In this document: positions 19,154-29,522 of the stretch, piece by piece
Position numbering within the stretch: the stretch's first letter is position 1
Layout: every line of letters begins with the position of its first letter
Sequence record: SRR22947727_1212
DNA: 56,587 nt
Direction: 5' to 3' (one strand)
Notes under the pieces: generated by a model
What the model was told of the DNA's origin: nothing
Seen by the model: the letters and a program-made list of their open reading frames with translations, nothing else
The model's database searches: none
Made by a program: the position numbers and the translations under genes

Positions 19154-19945
19154 TTATGGAGTTAATCCATCTGGTGCTCCAGGAAGAACAGGCTGGTAAT
19201 ACCCTGCACCCCAACCACCATCTACAGCTAGTTCAGCTCCTGTAATGTAACTCGCCTCATCACTTGCCAAGAAAAGTGATGCATTAGCAATTTCAACCGG
19301 CTCTCCAATTCGCTGAAGAGGAACACGACAAAAGGCATGAGCCAACTGATCAGCTGGTAAGCCACGTGCATTTCCCATTGGTGTATTAACTCCACCAGGG
19401 TGTAAAGAATTCACACGAATTCCTGATGTACCCAATTCATAAGCTAAAGACTTAGTGAGACCGCGCAAAGCCCACTTGCTAGCTGTGTATAGAGTTAAAC
19501 CATTACACCCTCGCAAACCATCAACCGAGCTAATATTCACAATTGAGCCTTTTTGAGCAGCTTTCATAAATGGAGTAACATGTTTTGCACCAAGCATGGG
19601 ACCAACAGTGTTTACACCTAATATTTTTTCAGCATCATCGGAATTGAAGTGTTCAATTGGAGTAAAGTGTACCAGTCCGGCGTTATTAATTAATACATCA
19701 ATAGTACCAAATTTAGATATTACTCCTAACACAAAGTCTTTCCAATTTTTATCATCAGAAACATCAAGTTTTTGAAAAAAGGCATTATTTCCAATATCTT
19801 TAGCGACCGCAGTGCCTTCAGACACCATTACATCACCTAAAGCAACTATTGCGCCCTCTGAAGCAAACAACCTAGCGGTAGCCTCGCCCATTCCGCGAGA
19901 AGCTCCAGTTATAATACAAACTTTTCCCTCTAATCTACCGACCAT
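19154..19945 (-). CDS. SDR, 3alpha(20beta)-hydroxysteroid dehydrogenase-like
   Basis: LEGKV.IITGASRGMG, INNAG, YTASKWALRGLTKS, ITGAELAVDGG. Confidence 0.8.
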   Translation of the reverse strand: MVGRLEGKVCIITGASRGMGEATARLFASEGAIVALGDVMVSEGTAVAKDIGNNAFFQKLDVSDDKNWKDFVLGVISKFGTIDVLINNAGLVHFTPIEHFNSDDAEKILGVNTVGPMLGAKHVTPFMKAAQKGSIVNISSVDGLRGCNGLTLYTASKWALRGLTKSLAYELGTSGIRVNSLHPGGVNTPMGNARGLPADQLAHAFCRVPLQRIGEPVEIANASLFLASDEASYITGAELAVDGGWGAGYYQPVLPGAPDGLTP

Positions 19946-20967
19946 TACATTGCCACCGCAGGATCATTTTCATCCAAACCTACATAAAACTGTCGGAAAT
20001 ATTTACGCCATGCCAATATAGGACCATCACCGTCACATAATAATGGTTTAGGTCTATATTTCTTATTATCCCATACTATTAAGTCAACCGATTCAAATCC
20101 AGCAGAATCTTCGCCCTCAGCTTCACCAATTGAATGCTTATACAAGTGATGAGCAATTTCTGCTTCTTTTGAACCTTCAGGATATTTTTTCCAGGTAAAC
20201 ATCATTCTAACTCTAGACATTTCTGCATCAGTTGGTGTTGGAGTCGCAAACATCAACATTGATATACCATCCTTATTATGCCTATTAATAGGTATTCCCG
20301 GTCCATGGCTCTCACCCACAATATATCCATCCATTATATCATAGTGCCAAATATGCCCCTCAGCCTTTGCTTCTACAGATGGTATAATTGGAGCTCCATG
20401 AAGAAATTTTAGATGAGGCGTATCAACGGAATTTTCACCCATCTCTTGGATACAAGTACCAATGTCCCAATAATGATATTTGACCTCGACATGTCCATCT
20501 GGATCTTCCATTTCTGGAACAACAGGTATTTCCCACATTGGGTCTAAACCTTCAGGATGATACCAAGCCCATATTGCACCATATTTTTCAATAACAGGAA
20601 GAGCTTTTAAAATAGGTTTTTTTCGAGCTATACCTGGCATAACCTTGCCATATGGTATTTTTTTACACCAACCATCATTATTAAATTCCCAATGATGAAA
20701 TGGACAACGAATATTATTTCCCTGTACAGTTCCACCTTTTCCAAGGTGCGCACCCAAATGAGGGCAGAAAGGATCAGTCATACCTACAGAACCATCCTCA
20801 CCGCGAAAAAGCACCCACTCTTTTCCAAAAACTTTTTCAGTTTTTATTTCTCCCACTTTTAACTCATGTGAAAAGTGCACATTATACCAACCGTAAGGAA
20901 TGGGAAACGGGCAACGTTCCAATTCTTCACCTGTCTGGATATGATCTGAGCTTATAATAGTGTTCAT
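19945..20967 (-). CDS. Rieske oxygenase, KshA/Neverland family
   Basis: PYGWY, CPHLGAHL...CPFH, ENSVDTPHLKFLH, D..VWDNKKY..KPLLCDGDGPI..WRKYF.QFY. Confidence 0.85.
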   Translation of the reverse strand: MNTIISSDHIQTGEELERCPFPIPYGWYNVHFSHELKVGEIKTEKVFGKEWVLFRGEDGSVGMTDPFCPHLGAHLGKGGTVQGNNIRCPFHHWEFNNDGWCKKIPYGKVMPGIARKKPILKALPVIEKYGAIWAWYHPEGLDPMWEIPVVPEMEDPDGHVEVKYHYWDIGTCIQEMGENSVDTPHLKFLHGAPIIPSVEAKAEGHIWHYDIMDGYIVGESHGPGIPINRHNKDGISMLMFATPTPTDAEMSRVRMMFTWKKYPEGSKEAEIAHHLYKHSIGEAEGEDSAGFESVDLIVWDNKKYRPKPLLCDGDGPILAWRKYFRQFYVGLDENDPAVAM

Positions 20968-20976
20968 GGTTGTCTC

Positions 20977-22377
20977 CTATTCTTCTAATATTTCAGGAAT
21001 TAATTTTTTAGCTGGGTTTCGTTCGGAATTTACAGAAATTGCAAAACTCATCGCTGGACCTGGCGTTGGCGCAGATTTAGTTTTCAAAACATAATTTGGC
21101 GGATCTAGAGACAAATCAAGCCTATGGAATACTCTTGCGATGATAACACCCATCAGAACTTCAGCCAAATTTTGGCCTAAACAACTATGAGGGCCCCGCC
21201 CGAATGGTGCATAAACCCCAGGTTTCATATGCTCTTTGCGCTCTTCATTAAATCTTTCAGGGTCAAAATCTAAAGGGTTAGGAAAATATTCATCCATAAA
21301 GTGAGGTACTGAAGTTCCAATAAAAATCAATTCATCTTTTGGAATAAGATATCCTTCAAACTCCATATCGTGATTAGTAGTTCTCATTTGAGCTACAGCG
21401 ATTGGCCATAAACGCATTGCTTCTTTCAAGCAGCCTTGAATATAACTAAGATTTCTTATATCCATCTCTGTTATAGTATCTTTTGAATATAGGTCATCTG
21501 CTTCTTTCTGCACTTTTTTCAAAACACCAGGTGTTTTTAGTATCCCATATGTTGCAGCAGCAACAGTATTAGCAACAGTGTCTAACCCAGCAACATAGGG
21601 ACCAGTTAATAAAACACTCAGATCTCGAGATTGAACAAATTCAGGGTCATCAATATGTGCCTGATAAACATCACCAAGAAGATTATCAGGGAGCTCACCA
21701 CTATCAGCATAAGCCTTAAATTGAGCAATCAACTTCTCACCCAATTCATCAACCCTTTTACTAGCTTTTTTAAATTTTGGGGATTTCAGAAAAAATTTTG
21801 GTCGAACCCGTGCTACCAAAGTGTTCAAAAGAAAAAGTATATTCGTTCTTATATCTTTGACATATTCTAATGGAGCATCACCACTCATCATCTCGCCAAT
21901 CATTTGAACAATCATGTATTGAAAAGCCTCTACCACAGGAATACTTTCTCCCTGTTTCCAATCGCGGGTGATAGACTTATCACCGATATCAGTAAGCATA
22001 TGATATTTTCCAGCAGCAGCCTCTCTCGAAAATCCCTTTCTCATTATTGTTCTCATTTTACGATGCTCTTCTCCGTCAATTTGAGTGAGTGTTTTAGAGG
22101 CTCCAAAATGATCAACAAAGTCTTGCCAAAATTCCTTTGACCGAAGTCCATCTCTACCTTTTTTAGTTGACATTAATTTCGCTGATTCAACTCCAGCAAT
22201 GACATATTGTTTTCTACCAAAAACATTAACCTGATAAACTGGACCATAATCGCGATAGGCTCTGACAAAAAATGCGGCAGGGTCTTTGGCCATTTCGAAT
22301 GTACTTCCGATAAAAGGGATACCTTTGACTAAAGGAATTTTTTTATTTGTAGTTTTTGTATTAGATTTTTCTAACAT
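20977..22377 (-). CDS. Cytochrome P450
   Basis: I-helix AGLDT, K-helix EAMR, FDPERF, heme motif PFGRGPHSCLG. Confidence 0.95.
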   Translation of the reverse strand: MLEKSNTKTTNKKIPLVKGIPFIGSTFEMAKDPAAFFVRAYRDYGPVYQVNVFGRKQYVIAGVESAKLMSTKKGRDGLRSKEFWQDFVDHFGASKTLTQIDGEEHRKMRTIMRKGFSREAAAGKYHMLTDIGDKSITRDWKQGESIPVVEAFQYMIVQMIGEMMSGDAPLEYVKDIRTNILFLLNTLVARVRPKFFLKSPKFKKASKRVDELGEKLIAQFKAYADSGELPDNLLGDVYQAHIDDPEFVQSRDLSVLLTGPYVAGLDTVANTVAAATYGILKTPGVLKKVQKEADDLYSKDTITEMDIRNLSYIQGCLKEAMRLWPIAVAQMRTTNHDMEFEGYLIPKDELIFIGTSVPHFMDEYFPNPLDFDPERFNEERKEHMKPGVYAPFGRGPHSCLGQNLAEVLMGVIIARVFHRLDLSLDPPNYVLKTKSAPTPGPAMSFAISVNSERNPAKKLIPEILEE

Positions 22378-23069
22378 ACACTTATATCGCTTTCATCTTC
22401 CCCGCGTTCCCGAGCAATTGATTTAAATGTTGAAGTTAATAATACTTCCAACTTACTTGTTGGGCTTTGTGTAAATACATTTAAAGCTTCAGCCATATAT
22501 GGAAATTCTTTTTTATTTAATCTTATGAATTGACGTTTTGCTACATCTTCCATAGTTTCATCATTGTATTCGAATTCTCTTTGCCTGGTGACTTCTATTG
22601 CCCCAGCAAATGCTACCATTCCTATTATATTAAATAACTCCATTCCTTTTTTGGGTGTAAATTGTCTTTTAGACATTGAAGCTAAAAATTTTTCAATTAA
22701 TTGAAATTGAACTTCAAATCCGTAATCCGTGTACTGATAGCTATGAATAAAACTTGGGTTTTCAGCTAATAAATTCTGTATTACATACACATAATCTCTT
22801 GATAACCTTGACCAATGCTGACCATCATCAATTGGTAGAGGAACATCTGATAGAGAATAGACTGCAGCAGCTCGCATTAAACTTTTGCGACTATCGAAAT
22901 ATTGGTATAATGTTGCAGTTCCAACATTTAAATGACTGGCAAGACGCTTCATGGTTAGACCCTCAAGACCAAGATCTACAGCACTTTCTAAAATTCCTTC
23001 ATGGGAAAGTAAGCGAGGGCGACCATAAGTTGTTTCTTTTGTTTCTTTTCTAGTTATAAATGACTTCAT
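22371..23069 (-). CDS. TetR/AcrR family regulator
   Basis: GRPRLLS...ILESA..LGLEGLTMKRLA..LNVGTATLY.YF. Start taken at MKSF 23069 because the longer ORF-track start runs through the operator. Confidence 0.9.
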   Translation of the reverse strand: MKSFITRKETKETTYGRPRLLSHEGILESAVDLGLEGLTMKRLASHLNVGTATLYQYFDSRKSLMRAAAVYSLSDVPLPIDDGQHWSRLSRDYVYVIQNLLAENPSFIHSYQYTDYGFEVQFQLIEKFLASMSKRQFTPKKGMELFNIIGMVAFAGAIEVTRQREFEYNDETMEDVAKRQFIRLNKKEFPYMAEALNVFTQSPTSKLEVLLTSTFKSIARERGEDESDISVC

Positions 23070-23076
23070 ATATGAC

Positions 23077-23097
23077 TTTCCGAACGCTGTTCGGATA
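23077..23097. promoter_or_regulatory. TetR-type operator TTTCCGAAC-GCT-GTTCGGATA
   Basis: Perfect TCCGAAC/GTTCGGA palindrome just upstream of the tetR start; TTGACT on the minus strand starting at 23123. Confidence 0.8.
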
Positions 23098-23122
23098 TTC
23101 ACTTATGTAAACGGATGAGTCA

Positions 23123-24091
23123 ATGAAAAAGCCACTAAGTTTTATAGAGTTCTCAAATTTAATTGCTAATAAACCCCATTTAGATAATTTTGGACCAAAT
23201 TCAAACAATCCTTATTTGGCATTTAACCTAAGTGGTTCCGATGATAGCCTAACTGATTGGATACGAAATTCACCATGTCCTATAATTGGTATAGGTGAAG
23301 GAAAATTAAAATCTGAATGTGATTTAGCAATCAACAATATGAAAGATTTAACTCAGATATCAAAGAATATTATTGAGCACCCCGTGACATCAATGGTATT
23401 GATTCAGCTTTTACGAGCAACAGAAAAATTATCTATGCAAAACTCTCTTATCGTTGAAAGTTTTGCATTTAGTACCGTTCAAAAAGGAATGGAATTTAAA
23501 AACTGGCTCTTAAAAAAAAATGAGGTAGATTTACCAGTATCCAAATCACCAGACTTATTAATAAATTTAGAAAATAATATTCTCTCAATAATACTTAATC
23601 GTGCAGACACTAAGAATGCGATAACCTGTAAAATGAGAGACGAACTTAATGAAATTCTTGAAATGGCGATTATCGATACTAATATCTCAAGAATTTCATT
23701 AAGCGCAAATGGAAGAATATTCTCAACAGGAGGGGCCGTGCAAGAATTTGGTTTAGTCACAGATCCAGCTTCTGCACATTGGATAAGAAGTATTAGTCTA
23801 CCAGCAAAAAAGTTAATACAGCTTCAAGATAAATTATGCGTAAATATAAATGGTGGGGCTGTAGGGGCAGCAATTGAGATGGCAGCTTTTAGTAAAAAAA
23901 TAGTTGCTTCACAAAATTCTTGGTTTCAACTACCTGAATTAAAATATGGGTTAATTCCTGGTGCAGGCGGAACTGTTAGCATCCCCAGAAGAATTGGGCG
24001 TCAAAAAACAGCTTACATGGCTATTACAGCAAAAAAGGTAAGTGCTAAAAAAGCTTTGGAATGGGGCTTAATTGATGCGATTGAACACTAA
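23123..24091 (+). CDS. Enoyl-CoA hydratase-like protein with N-terminal extension and no C-terminal helices
   Basis: LNR...KNAI, FSTGG, GGAVGAAIE, FQLPE.KYGLIPGAGGT; ends right after WGLID. Confidence 0.8.
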   Translation: MKKPLSFIEFSNLIANKPHLDNFGPNSNNPYLAFNLSGSDDSLTDWIRNSPCPIIGIGEGKLKSECDLAINNMKDLTQISKNIIEHPVTSMVLIQLLRATEKLSMQNSLIVESFAFSTVQKGMEFKNWLLKKNEVDLPVSKSPDLLINLENNILSIILNRADTKNAITCKMRDELNEILEMAIIDTNISRISLSANGRIFSTGGAVQEFGLVTDPASAHWIRSISLPAKKLIQLQDKLCVNINGGAVGAAIEMAAFSKKIVASQNSWFQLPELKYGLIPGAGGTVSIPRRIGRQKTAYMAITAKKVSAKKALEWGLIDAIEH

Positions 24092-25366
24092 TCTACCATC
24101 TATCCAAGTGCCTCGTGGTCTTATATCATTGAGTTTCAATCGTGCATCAGACCAAGGCATATTAAGAAGACATAGATCAGCAATCTCTCCCTCTTTAACC
24201 TCTCTTGCAACACCTCCAGCATTGTAAGACGGTTTTAGATAAAGAGACAAAGCCTCCTCAGGGGATAAAGATTCATCCTCAAAACCTGCTGGACGATTTA
24301 CAGCACTTTCCATAGCAAACCAAGGATTCGAGTTACCAAAGGGGGCGTCACTACCTGCTGCAAGCCTCACGCCAGAATTAATGAATGATTTTAAACGCCA
24401 TAAGTTTTTTTGTTCAAACTCTTCAACATCTTTTATGTAAGAGCCTACCCTTTCAGCCATAAAATTTGGTTGAGTAACAACAATAAGATTCAATCGTTTT
24501 ATCCAATTTATTAAAAAACTATCAGTTATAGCTGCATGCTCAATTCTATCTCCATTTACTGCACCGGCTTCATCTAATGCTGCTAAAATCAGCATTAATT
24601 CTGATCTGGTAACACAATGGGCAGCAATATTTCTTCCGTTTTTATGTGCTAACTTAATCTCATTAGTTATTATTTCCAAACTAGGAAGATCAGGTTCATG
24701 GTAGTGAATCTTTAAATATTGGGACTTAGTAGAATTTAAATCAGACTTTCCCATTATATCTATTTTTAATGGTTTGACCTTATCAATGTAATTTTGATAT
24801 TCTTCAACTCCATTACTTGGAGTTACCTCAGTGACACCCGTAACTCCATAAGAAAAAAGTAGTTTCATGAGAGGTTTTAAATTTGGAAATTCTGATCCAA
24901 ATCGAATTGAATTATCATCATCAAACAAGCGACCATTAGAATCTATATTATTACCAACTATATTTAAGGCGAGACTATTCAAAATCCATAGCCTGCCGCT
25001 TCTATGTTGAATTCTCACTGGACGTCTTGGGCCATTTTTATCCAGCCACCGTCTGTCTATTTCGCCCGCTACACTATGATGGTAACCTATCCCACGAATC
25101 CACCCTTTACCGGGCTGATTTATTCTTTTTATTAATTCATTTTCATTTGAAACATCAGGTGGACCGCAGATAACGGAATTAATGGCCGCCGCAGTTGAAT
25201 TTAAATGGATATGATGATCATGTAATCCAGGTATTAAAGCGTTACCCTTTGCATCATAATAATTATCTCCAAAGATGTTTTTATCAATTTTAGCAATACG
25301 GCCTTTATCTAAAAATATATCTTTGATTTTTCCATTTATTTCAGCATTCTTAATTATCATAACCAA
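24068..25366 (-). CDS. Amidohydrolase_3 (YtcJ-like) metal-dependent hydrolase
   Basis: PGLHDHHIH, AAHCV, RIEHAA, AAGSDAP, G.IADL. Confidence 0.85.
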   Translation of the reverse strand: MVMIIKNAEINGKIKDIFLDKGRIAKIDKNIFGDNYYDAKGNALIPGLHDHHIHLNSTAAAINSVICGPPDVSNENELIKRINQPGKGWIRGIGYHHSVAGEIDRRWLDKNGPRRPVRIQHRSGRLWILNSLALNIVGNNIDSNGRLFDDDNSIRFGSEFPNLKPLMKLLFSYGVTGVTEVTPSNGVEEYQNYIDKVKPLKIDIMGKSDLNSTKSQYLKIHYHEPDLPSLEIITNEIKLAHKNGRNIAAHCVTRSELMLILAALDEAGAVNGDRIEHAAITDSFLINWIKRLNLIVVTQPNFMAERVGSYIKDVEEFEQKNLWRLKSFINSGVRLAAGSDAPFGNSNPWFAMESAVNRPAGFEDESLSPEEALSLYLKPSYNAGGVAREVKEGEIADLCLLNMPWSDARLKLNDIRPRGTWIDGRLVFNRIN

Positions 25367-26616
25367 ACCGAATTATCGGCCCCCAAACCTCGCGCATGAC
25401 CTGATATATCTCTCATTTCATAAAGAGGAATACTATCATCACCTGAAATACTACTCCATTCTTGTAATATCTCATCTTTAATTAAATCAAGTTCGCCCAT
25501 AGCGTGACGCAGAACATCACACATATTTATGTCAATTATTCCTCCTTTACCTTTATATAAACTTGCTTGTATTAACAAAGCTAAATGTATTCCATTCACC
25601 GGGTCAGCTATAGCATCGCCTACAAAGCTAGGGTGGCCATAAAGATTTTCCATAATTCCTGACAAGCCCGCAGAAACACCAATATCATCACCATAACCGA
25701 TACGGTTCTGGTCTCTCGAATAGGCAGTCAATCGAAGCCAAATCTTACCTGGCTTTTTTGTTACAAATTCTACTGCCGATATTTCAAGCTGCTTAAAAGC
25801 CCTAGGGCGAGAGGCTTCAATTATTACATCTGCTTGATGCATTAAGAACTTTAATTTTTCTAATCCTTCCTTGGTATGAAAATCCAGAGCAACACAATCT
25901 TTATTTTCATTTAATAAACTATAAAATTTTCTATTTCCAAACCGTAAACCATCTGGTCTATCAGGACTTTCTACTTTAATTACTCGCGCACCTGTCAATC
26001 CTAATAAACTGGAGCCCAAAGGACCTGCCCATAAAGATGAAAGATCAAGTATAAGAGGTTTTTTTATATTTGCCTTACTGTACTCTTTAAAGGAAAACCA
26101 TCTCTTTGGCTTATTGGGTATACTAACTTTACCTACAGCTAAACCCATATCTATTGCTCGGGATAATAAATGATTAGTACTCAGTTTTTTAGCAATACTC
26201 TTTAAATCAGCCCAGTTCGAAACATCAGCCTCAAGCCATGCTGGTATTAGATCCCAATCACTATCACGAACAAGGTTTAACGCTATACAGCCATCATCGG
26301 TATCTATTAATCGCCCTTTGCCTCCAGCAGTTTTTCTTTTTTTAGACTTTAATCCCATTATTCTGGCTCGCTCCCCTAGAAGCTGGCTTCCACATATCGG
26401 TAACTTACTAATATTTTGCGAAATTGCTTTCAAAGCTAATAAGGCGCCATCCGCATGACTAGCTAGCGGGACTGGTATCATTTGACTACTTATATCTAAA
26501 AGTCCTGAGCGTCGATAAGCTAAAGCCGGGTGATCACTTTGCTTCAATATAACTTTCTTAATGCCTAAATCGGATAGTAATTGATTTGCATAATTTTGTG
26601 CATGATTAGTTAGCAA
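25357..26616 (-). CDS. Type III (CaiB/BaiF) CoA transferase, divergent/truncated
   Basis: LDLSSLWAGP, ARVIKVESP.RPD, ADVIIEASRP, GDAIADP. Confidence 0.8.
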   Translation of the reverse strand: MLTNHAQNYANQLLSDLGIKKVILKQSDHPALAYRRSGLLDISSQMIPVPLASHADGALLALKAISQNISKLPICGSQLLGERARIMGLKSKKRKTAGGKGRLIDTDDGCIALNLVRDSDWDLIPAWLEADVSNWADLKSIAKKLSTNHLLSRAIDMGLAVGKVSIPNKPKRWFSFKEYSKANIKKPLILDLSSLWAGPLGSSLLGLTGARVIKVESPDRPDGLRFGNRKFYSLLNENKDCVALDFHTKEGLEKLKFLMHQADVIIEASRPRAFKQLEISAVEFVTKKPGKIWLRLTAYSRDQNRIGYGDDIGVSAGLSGIMENLYGHPSFVGDAIADPVNGIHLALLIQASLYKGKGGIIDINMCDVLRHAMGELDLIKDEILQEWSSISGDDSIPLYEMRDISGHARGLGADNSVWL

Positions 26617-28057
26617 AATTATCTCTTATTACCCGCCTCAATAATTTACCCGTCTCATTATAGGGTAACTCATCCATATACTTGATAATTGATGGAACAC
26701 GTGATGACCTTAATTTCCGTTTTATCAATTCAATTATCTCACGATCATTTATATGACATTTAGCTACGATTACTAAACCTACCGCCTCTCCCCATTCTGT
26801 ATCCTTTACTGCAACTGCTGCAACATCTTCGACCATCGGATGAGCTCTTACAACATCTTCAATTTCTCCCGGTGATATATTTTCTCCACCTCTAACAATA
26901 ATGTCATCAGCACGCCCATCGATAAAGAGATACCCGTCGTTATCAAGGAAACCGCGATCTTTGGTAGGAAACCACCCCTCACTGTCCAACTTTGAACCGA
27001 TACCCTTATATTCACCACTTACTTGCTCTCCTCTAACCCAAACATTTCCTAATTCTTCAGATAAACAAATTTTCCCTTCATCGTCTTTAATAATGAGTTC
27101 AATCGAAGGAATAGGCCTTCCAACTGAAGACAGCCTACGTTTTATTAAAATATCACTACTGTTGAATGCAGACCTATGGTCCTCAGGGCCTAGCATGCAA
27201 ATTGTAGCACTCGTTTCAGTTAAACCGTAAGCATTGGTAAAGTTTACATTAGGCAATAACTTCATAGCACGCTCTATAACTGATCTAGGCATCTTACCCC
27301 CACCATAAGCTACATTTTTTAAAGATGGTAAACTTAGATCCTCACTGTATTGTTCAACGATTCTTTTGAGCATTGTTGGCACCAAAAAAGCATTAGTTAT
27401 TTTTTCTTTTATTACTAATTCTGTCCAAGCTTGGGCCGAAAAATTTGGAAGTTGAACTATTTTTCTACCCGAATAACTTGATGATAGAACAGCGGCTATA
27501 CCGGCTATATGATATGGCGGGACAGATAATAATACAGATTCTTCTTCTTCTGCACTCATAAATTCAACTGTACCCAAAATATAAGCCATAAGATTTTTAT
27601 GCTTCAAAACTGCAGATTTGGGTTCGCCAGTGGTGCCACTAGTGAATAGTTCTACAGCTACTGCTTCATCATCACTATCATAACCAATTTCTATTATATC
27701 ATCGAATGTTAACGTATTAGTACCGATAGTTCTAATGCCTTCAACCATGATGTCTTCGTCAGTAAAAAGAATTGCTGGTGATATCCTCTTCAACTGCATA
27801 TTTAACTGCTCTTTAGACAAGCGGTAATTTAATGGTACAAACTCAACACCAGCTATGGCAGCACCAAATAAGGCGGCTGGCATTAAAAGATTGTTTTCTG
27901 ATAGAAAACCTATTTTTTCTTTATTTTTAACAAGTGAAGCTACAGATTTACTCATATTATTCAACTCTGAGAATGTAATTGAATAATCATTTAATTTTAC
28001 AGCTTCTCGTTCCCCCATAGCTTCTACAGCCATCTGTAATATCAAGTATATATTCAT
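26606..28057 (-). CDS. Acyl-CoA synthetase
   Basis: FTSGTTGEPK, PPYHIAG, AYGLTE, RGGENI.P.EIE, TGKLLRR. Confidence 0.9.
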   Translation of the reverse strand: MNIYLILQMAVEAMGEREAVKLNDYSITFSELNNMSKSVASLVKNKEKIGFLSENNLLMPAALFGAAIAGVEFVPLNYRLSKEQLNMQLKRISPAILFTDEDIMVEGIRTIGTNTLTFDDIIEIGYDSDDEAVAVELFTSGTTGEPKSAVLKHKNLMAYILGTVEFMSAEEEESVLLSVPPYHIAGIAAVLSSSYSGRKIVQLPNFSAQAWTELVIKEKITNAFLVPTMLKRIVEQYSEDLSLPSLKNVAYGGGKMPRSVIERAMKLLPNVNFTNAYGLTETSATICMLGPEDHRSAFNSSDILIKRRLSSVGRPIPSIELIIKDDEGKICLSEELGNVWVRGEQVSGEYKGIGSKLDSEGWFPTKDRGFLDNDGYLFIDGRADDIIVRGGENISPGEIEDVVRAHPMVEDVAAVAVKDTEWGEAVGLVIVAKCHINDREIIELIKRKLRSSRVPSIIKYMDELPYNETGKLLRRVIRDNFAN

Positions 28058-28363
28058 TTAATCAGAACTTGGTAATTTTTTAGCTGCTTTAATACCTATT
28101 TTATAACCACTAATAGATATGGAGCCTTCACCTCCGCGAGTACAAAGAAATTCCATTGTTTCGGACTCATCAGTATACCTTTTACCCACCAAAGTTCCAT
28201 TATTTTCTCCTTGAAGTTCTTTCAAAGCAACAGGGTCACCAACCTCCATAGGAGACCCACCGCAAAATATTTCGAGTTCTACAGCCGGAATCCTTAAGAC
28301 CATTATTTGTGTCTTACACACTCTACTTGATAGTTTAACACCTGGTTTATAAATTTGCGCCAT
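28058..28363 (-). CDS. Small conserved-looking hypothetical protein (Cys-containing, internal repeat)
   Basis: Fills the gap between flanking operon genes; ATG 28363 with GGAG upstream; VC...CGGSPM and GKRY...LCTRGGEG. Confidence 0.7.
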   Translation of the reverse strand: MAQIYKPGVKLSSRVCKTQIMVLRIPAVELEIFCGGSPMEVGDPVALKELQGENNGTLVGKRYTDESETMEFLCTRGGEGSISISGYKIGIKAAKKLPSSD

Positions 28364-28364
28364 G

Positions 28365-29522
28365 TTAAACTCCAATTATAGCACCTGCAACGCCAGAAGC
28401 GAGCATAGCTGTTTTTGCATTTTTTATCTGATTAGCAGCGGATCCACGCATTTGCCGAACACCTTCAGTAATATTATTCATTCCATGAATATAACCTTCT
28501 CCCATAAGACCTCCATTTGGTGATAAAGGAGTTTTACCATCAAGCTCTAAATTTCCGTCTTTTATATAATCATTGGCCTCTCCAATTCCACAATATTTGA
28601 AACCCTCAAGTTGACGCAAAACTTGTGGGGTGAAATTATCATAAATCATTGCAACGTCTGTATCCTTCGGAGCGATTCCAGCAGAAGCAGTTAAACGATC
28701 AGCTACAATTTCACTATTTTCTGTACGAATGAGATCTCCTTGGTAGAAGTCAGAGATTATTTCATGATTAAATAACATGGAATACTCTGCACCCAAAATT
28801 TGAACTGGTGTCTGCTTACAATCTTTGGCTTTATCTGCACGTGTGATAATAATAGCAACTCCGCCATCGCTCTCTTGACAACAATCTAAAAGTCTTAATG
28901 TTGGCTCAACTATCCAGCGAGAACTTTGATGATCTTCTAATGTTATTGGTTTTTTATAAAACCATGCATTTGGATTTGTTGAGGCAGCCTTTCTAAAAGT
29001 TACAGCTATCCTTCCTAAATCTTCCGAAGTAATGCCATATTTATGTAGATAAGGACCACAAGATAAAGCCTCCCATGATGCAGGTGTTTGTGCTCCAAAT
29101 GGAAAACACCATTCCATAAAAGTAGAACTATGCGCATCAGGACTCATACTATGATGCGGCTGGCCAAATCTATATTGACTACGTTCGTTCATTGCGCGAA
29201 AAATTAAAAATGTATCGCATATACCACTTTCTACAGCATTTTTAGCATGAACGATTGTTGAAACTGAAGCAGCCCCACCCTGAGGTAAACGTGTCGTATA
29301 TTTAATTTCTTCACAGCCCAGAGATCTCATCACGTCCACTTCATCAGAATGGTCTAAACTAAAGGTTGTCATTCCATCAATGGACGCCGGATCAATACCT
29401 GCATCAAAACAAGCTGCTAATATAGCTTCAGCAGCAAGCTGTTGCTCACTACGTCCCGAAGCCTTAGAAAACTCAGTTTGCCCAATACCGACGATACAGG
29501 CTTTTTGAAAACTAGAAACCAT
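28365..29522 (-). CDS. Ltp2-like thiolase-superfamily aldolase (lipid-transfer protein family)
   Basis: IVGIGQTEFSK.SGRSE, RAMNERS..RFGQ, LRLLDCCQESDG, IYDNF, EGYIHGMN; both Ltp2-type Tyr present. Confidence 0.85.
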   Translation of the reverse strand: MVSSFQKACIVGIGQTEFSKASGRSEQQLAAEAILAACFDAGIDPASIDGMTTFSLDHSDEVDVMRSLGCEEIKYTTRLPQGGAASVSTIVHAKNAVESGICDTFLIFRAMNERSQYRFGQPHHSMSPDAHSSTFMEWCFPFGAQTPASWEALSCGPYLHKYGITSEDLGRIAVTFRKAASTNPNAWFYKKPITLEDHQSSRWIVEPTLRLLDCCQESDGGVAIIITRADKAKDCKQTPVQILGAEYSMLFNHEIISDFYQGDLIRTENSEIVADRLTASAGIAPKDTDVAMIYDNFTPQVLRQLEGFKYCGIGEANDYIKDGNLELDGKTPLSPNGGLMGEGYIHGMNNITEGVRQMRGSAANQIKNAKTAMLASGVAGAIIGV

